DNA from: Octopus sinensis
Taxonomy: Eukaryota
Length of the DNA: 64,000 bases
Reading direction: 5' to 3'
Assembly: GCF_006345805.1 (NCBI RefSeq)
Contig: NC_043004.1
Span: 75,144,001-75,208,000 of the forward strand
Under the pieces are notes generated by a model, which had not been told where the DNA came from, searched no databases, and saw only the letters and a list, made by a program, of their open reading frames with translations. The position numbers and the translations under genes are program-made. This document shows, in pieces, positions 58,701 through 64,000 of the stretch (the first letter of the stretch is position 1; the number at the start of each line of letters is the position of its first letter).

Positions 58701-61700
58701 AGATCGAATTAAACTTCGTAGAGAAAGAATAGAGGGTATCTTAAGGATTAAATTTCGTAGAGAAAGAATAAGATAGGGAAAGCGTGGCGAAGATCGAATT
58801 AAATTTCGTAGAGAAATATAGAGGGTATCTTAAGGGATTAAATTTCGTAGAGAAAAATAAGATAGGGAAAGCGTGGCGAAGATCGAATTAAACTTCGTAG
58901 AGAAAGATAGAGGGTATCTTAAGGATTAATTTCGTAGAGAAAGAATAAGATAGGGAAAGCGTGGCGAAGATCGAATTAAACTTCGTAGAGAAAGAAAGAG
59001 GGTATCTTAAGGGATTAAATTTCGTAGAGAAAGAATAAGATAGGGAAAGCGTGGCGAAGATCGAATTAAACTTCGTTGAGAAATATAGAGGGTATCTTAA
59101 GGGATTAAATTTCGTAGAGAAAGAATAAGATAGGGAAAGCGTGGCGAAGGTCGAATTAAACTTCGTAGAGAAAGAATAGAGGGTATCTTAAGGGATTAAA
59201 TTTCGTAGAGAAAGAATAAGATAGGGAAAGCGTGGCGAAGATCGAATTAAACTTCGTAGAGAAATATAGAGGGTATCTTAAGGGATTAAATTTTGTAGAG
59301 AAAGAATAAGACAGGGAAAGCGTGGCGAAGATCGAATTAAACTTCGTAGAGAAATATAGAGGTATCTTAAGGGATTAAATTTCGTAGAGAAAGAATAAGA
59401 TAGGGAAAGCGTGGCGAAGATCGAATTAAACTTCGTAGAGAAGATAGAGGGTATCTTAAGGGATTAAATTTCGTAGAGAAAGAATTATAGGGAAAGCGTG
59501 GCGTAGATCGAATTAAACTTCGTAGAGAAAGATAGAGGGTATCTTAAGTGATTAAATTTCGTAGAGAAAGAATAAGATAGGGAAAGCGTGGCGAAGATCG
59601 AATTAAACTTCGTAGAGAAATAGAGGGTATCTTAAGTGATTAAATTTCGTAGAGAAAGAATAAGATAGGGAAAGCGTGGCGAAGATCGAATTAAACTTCG
59701 TAGAGAAAGAATAGAGGGTATCTTAAGGGATTAAATTTCGTAGAGAAAGAATAAGATAGGGAAAGCGTGGCGAAGATCGAATTAAACTTCGTAGAGAAAG
59801 ATAGATGGTATCTTAAGGGATTAAATTTCGTAGAGAAAGAATAAGATAGGGAAAGCGTGGCGAAGATCGAATTAAACTTCGTAGAGAAAGATAGAGGGTA
59901 TCTTAAGGGATTAAATTTCGTAGAGAAAGAATAAGTTAGGGAAGCGTGGCGAAGATCGAATTAAACTTCGTAGAGAAAGATAGAGGGTATCTTAGTGGAT
60001 TAAATTTCGTAGAGAAAGAATAAGATAGGGAAAGCGTGGCGAAGATCGAATTAAACTTCGTAGAGAAAGAATAGAGGGATCTTAAGGATTAAATTTCGTA
60101 GAGAAAGAATAAGATAGGGAAAGCGTGGCGAAGATCGAATTAAACTTCGTAGAGAAAGATAGAGGGTATCTTAAGGATTAAATTTCGTAGAGAAAGAATA
60201 GATAGGGAAAGCGTGGCGAAGATCGAATTAAACTTCGTAGAGAAAGATAGAGGGTATCTTAAGGGATTAATTTCGTAGAGAAAGAATAAGATAGGGAAAG
60301 CGTGGCGAAGATCGAATTAAACTTCGTAGAGAAAGATAGAGGGTATCTTAAGGGATTAAATTTCGTAGAGAAAGAATAAGATAGGGAAAGCGTGGCGAAG
60401 ATCGAATTAAACTTCGTAGAGAAATAGAGGGTATCTTAAGGGATTAAATTTCGTAGAGAAAGAATAAGATAGGGAAAGCGTGGCGAAGATCGAATTAAAC
60501 TTCGTAGAGAAAGATAGAGGGTATCTTAAGGGATTAAATTTCGTAGAGAAGAATAAGATAGGGAAAGCGTGGCGAAGATCGAATTAAACTTCGTAGAGAA
60601 AGAATAGAGGGTATCTTAAGGGATAAATTTCGTAGAGAAAGAATAAGATAGGGAAAGCGTGGCGAAGATCGAATTAAACTTCGTAGAGAAAGATAGAGGG
60701 TATCTTAAGGGATTAAATTTCGTAGAGAAAGAATAAGATAGGGAAAGCGTGGCGAAGATCGAATTAAACTTCGTAGAGAAAGATAGAGGGTATCTTAAGG
60801 GATTAAATTTCTTAGAGAAAGAATAAGATAGGGAAAGCGTGGCGAAGATCGAATTAAACTTCGTAGAGAAAGATAGAGGGTATCTTAAGGGATTAAATTT
60901 CGTAGAGAAAGAATAAGATAGGGAAAGCGTGGCGAAGATCGAATTAAACTTCGTAGAGAAGATAGGGGTATCTTAAGGGATTAAATTTCGTAGAGAAAGA
61001 ATAAGATAGGGAAACCGTGGCGAAGATCGAATTAAACTTCGTAGAGAAAGATAGAGGGTATCTTAAGGGATTAAATTTCGTAGAGAAAGAATAAGATAGG
61101 GAAAGCGTGGCGAAGATCGAATTAAACTTCGTAGAGAAAGATAGAGGGTATCTTCTTAGGGGATTAAATTTCGTAGAGAAAGAATAGATAGGGAAAGCGT
61201 GGCGAAGATCGAATTAAACTTCGTCGAGAAAGATAGAGGGTATCTTAAGGGATTAAATTTCGTAGAGAAAGAATAAGATAGGAAAGGCGTGGCGAGATCG
61301 AATAAACTTCGTAGAGAAGAGAAAGTAGAGGGTATCTTAAGTGATTAAATTTCGTAGAGAAAGAATAGATAGGGAAAGCGTGGCGAAGATCGAATTAAAC
61401 TCGTAGAGAAAGAATAGAGGGTTCTTAAGGGATTAAATTTCGTAGAGAAAGAATAAGATAGGAAGCGTGGCGAAGATCGAATTAAACTTCGTAGAAAAGA
61501 TAGAGGGTATCTTAAGGGATTAAATTTCGTAGAGAAAGAATAAGATAGGAAAGCGTGGCGAAGATCGAATTAAACTTCGTAGAGAAAGATAGAGGGTATC
61601 TTAAGGGATTAATTTCGTAGAGAAAGAATAAGATTGGGAAAGCGTGGCGAAGATCGAATTAAACATCGTAGAGAAATAGAGGGTATCTTAAGTGATTAAA

Positions 61701-64000
61701 TTTCGTAGAGAAAGAATAAGATAGGGAAAAGCGGCGAAGATCGAATTAAACTTCGTAGAGAAAGATAGAGTATCTTAAGGGATTAAATTTCGTAGAGAAA
61801 GAATAAGATAGGGAAAGCGTGGCGAAGATCGAATTAAACTTCGTAGAGAGAGAATAGAGGGTATCTTAAGGGATTAAATTTCGTAGAGAAAGAATAAGAT
61901 AGGGAAAGCGTGGCGAAGATCGAATTAAACTTCGTAGAGAAAGAATAGAGGGTATCTTAAGGGATTAAATTTCGTTGAGAAAGAATAAGATAAGGAAAGC
62001 GTTGCGAAGATCGAATTAAACTTCGTAGAGAAAGAATAGAGGGTATCTTAAGGGATTAAATTTCGTAGAGAAAGAATAAGATGGGAAAGCGTGGCGAAGA
62101 TCGAATTAAACTTCGTAGAGAAAGAATAGAGGGTATCTTAAGGGATTAAATTTCGTAAGAAAGAATAAGATAGGGAAAGCGTTGGCGAAGATCGAATTAA
62201 ACTTCGTAGAGAAAGAATAGAGGGTATCTTAAGTGATTAAATTTCGTAGAGAAAGAATAAGATAGGGAAAGCGTGGCGAAGATCGAATTAAACTTCGTAG
62301 AGAAAGATAGAGGTATCTTAAGGATTAAATTTCGTAGAGAAAGAATAAGATAGGGAAAGCGTGGCGAAGATCGAATTAAACTTCGTAGAGAAAGAATAGA
62401 GGGTATCTTAAGGGATTAAATTTCGTAGAGAAAGAATAAGATAGGGAAAGCGTGGCGAAGATCGAATTAAATTTCGTAGAGAAATATAGAGGGTATCTTA
62501 AGGGATTAAATTTCGTAGAGAAAGAATAAGATAGGGAAAGCGTGGCGAAGATCGAATTAAACTTCGTAGAGAAAGATAGAGGGTATCTTAAGGGATTAAA
62601 TTTCGTAGAGAAAGAATAAGATAGGGAAAGCGTGGCGAAGATCGAATTAAACTTCGTAGAGAAAGAATAGAGGGTATCTTAAGGGATTAAATTTCGTAGA
62701 GAAAGAATAAGATAGGGAAAGCGTGGCGAAGATCGAATTAAACTTCGTAGAGAAAGATAGAGGGTATCTTAAGGGATTAAATTTCGTAGAGAAAGAATAA
62801 GATAGGGAAAGCGTGGCGAAGATCGAATTAAACTTCGTAGAGAAAGATAGAGGGTATCTTAGGGATTAAATTTCGTAGAGAGAAAGAATAAGATAGGGAA
62901 AGCGTGGCGAAGATCGAATTAAACTTCGTAGAGAAAGATAGAGGGTATCTTAAGGGATTAAATTTCGTAGAGAAAGAATAAGATAGGGAAAGCGTGGCGA
63001 AGATCGAATTAAACTTCGTAGAGAAAGATAGAGGGTATCTTAAGGGATTAAATTTCGTAGAGAAAGAATAAGATAGGGAAAGCGTGGCGAAGATCGAATT
63101 AAACTTCGTAGAGAAAGATAGAGGGTATCTTAAGGGATTAATTTCGTAGAGAAAGAATAAGATAGGGAAAGCGTGGCGAAGATCGAATTAAACTTCGTAG
63201 AGGAAAGATAGAGGGTATCTTAAGGGATTAAATTTCGTAGAGAAAGAATAAGATAGGGAAAGCGTGGCGAAGATCGAATTAAACTTCGTAGAGAAAGAAT
63301 AGAGGGTATCTTAAGGGATTAAATTTCGAAGAGAAAGAATAGATAGGGAAAGCGTGGCGAAGATCGAATTAAACTTCGTAGAGAAAGATAGAGGGTATCT
63401 TAAGGGATTAAATTTCGTAGAGAAAGAATAAGATAGGGAAAGCGTGGCGAAGATCGAATTAAACTTCGTAGAGAAAGATAGAGGGTATCTTAAGGGATTA
63501 AATTTCGTAGAGAAAGAATAAGATAGGGAAAGCGTGGCGAAGATCGAATTAAACTTCGTAGAGAAAGATAGAGGGTATCTTAAGGGATTAAATTTCGTAG
63601 AGAAAGAATAACATAGGGAAAGCGTGGCGAAGATCGAATTAAACTTCGTAGAGAAAGATAGAGGGTATCTTAAGGGATTAAATTTCGTAGAGAAAGAATA
63701 AGATAGGGAAAGCGTGGCGAAGATCGAATTAAACTTCGTAGAGAAAGAATAGAGGGTATCTTAAGGGATTAAATTTCGTAGAGAAAGAATAAGATAGGGA
63801 AAGCGTGGCGAAGATCGAATTAAACTTCGTAGAGAAAGAATAGAGGGTATCTTAAGGGATTAAATTTCGTAGAGAAAGAATAAGATAGGGAAAGCGTGGT
63901 GAAGATCGAATTAAACTTCGTAGAGAAAGATAGAGGGTATCTTAAGGGATTAAATTTCGTAGAGAAAGAATAAGATAGGGAAAGCGTGGCGAAGATCGAA
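55753..64000. repeat. 90/91-bp satellite, array 3 (~90 monomers or more, open at window end)
   Basis: Same monomer, with its own diagnostic variants (GAGAAATATAGAGG, GCGTAGATC, GATAGATGGTA). Confidence 0.97.

Noticed and set aside
63371-63390. CENP-B-box-like motif CTTCGTAGAGAAAG
   Set aside because: Only TTCG matches; the essential A and CGGG positions of NTTCGNNNNANNCGGGN are absent.
63361-63450. Hammerhead ribozyme within the satellite monomer, as in newt, cricket or schistosome satellites
   Set aside because: No CUGANGA or 3-8 compensated core on either strand upstream of the GAAA motifs.
37605-64000. CRISPR-like repeat/spacer array
   Set aside because: The units are contiguous near-identical monomers without unique spacers, the context is eukaryotic, and there are no cas genes.

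Overview
AT-rich, microsatellite-dense eukaryotic DNA, inferred from its repeat families to be an octopus (coleoid cephalopod) locus. It is not prokaryotic: no CRISPR arrays, rRNA genes or true tRNA genes were found. The only host gene is an LRP2/megalin orthologue on the minus strand. Eight internal exons (28978 down to 1842) splice with fully consistent phases into about 410 codons: YWTD propeller, EGF, YWTD propeller. Its introns hold RTE, CR1, R4-like and Penelope-like retroelement pieces, tRNA-derived SINEs, a mariner relic, hAT and Tc1-type MITEs, and minisatellites. From 37597 to the window end is a 90/91-bp satellite arranged as a macro-repeat: three arrays separated by two copies of a 252-bp spacer. 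The satellite is fused to the 5' end of a near full-length RTE element. The top observation is a candidate type I hammerhead ribozyme at 12666-12716, sense to the LRP2 pre-mRNA, with a compensatory G3-C8 core swap and a palindromic dimer-type stem III, enclosed by 41-bp inverted repeats. Other notable items are the spacer-punctuated satellite with array-specific higher-order repeats, an 88-bp-arm perfect hairpin, a 67-bp minisatellite grown inside an RTE 3' UTR, and a PHD-type finger inside the RTE ORF. All family assignments come from motif recognition by eye; no database search was run.
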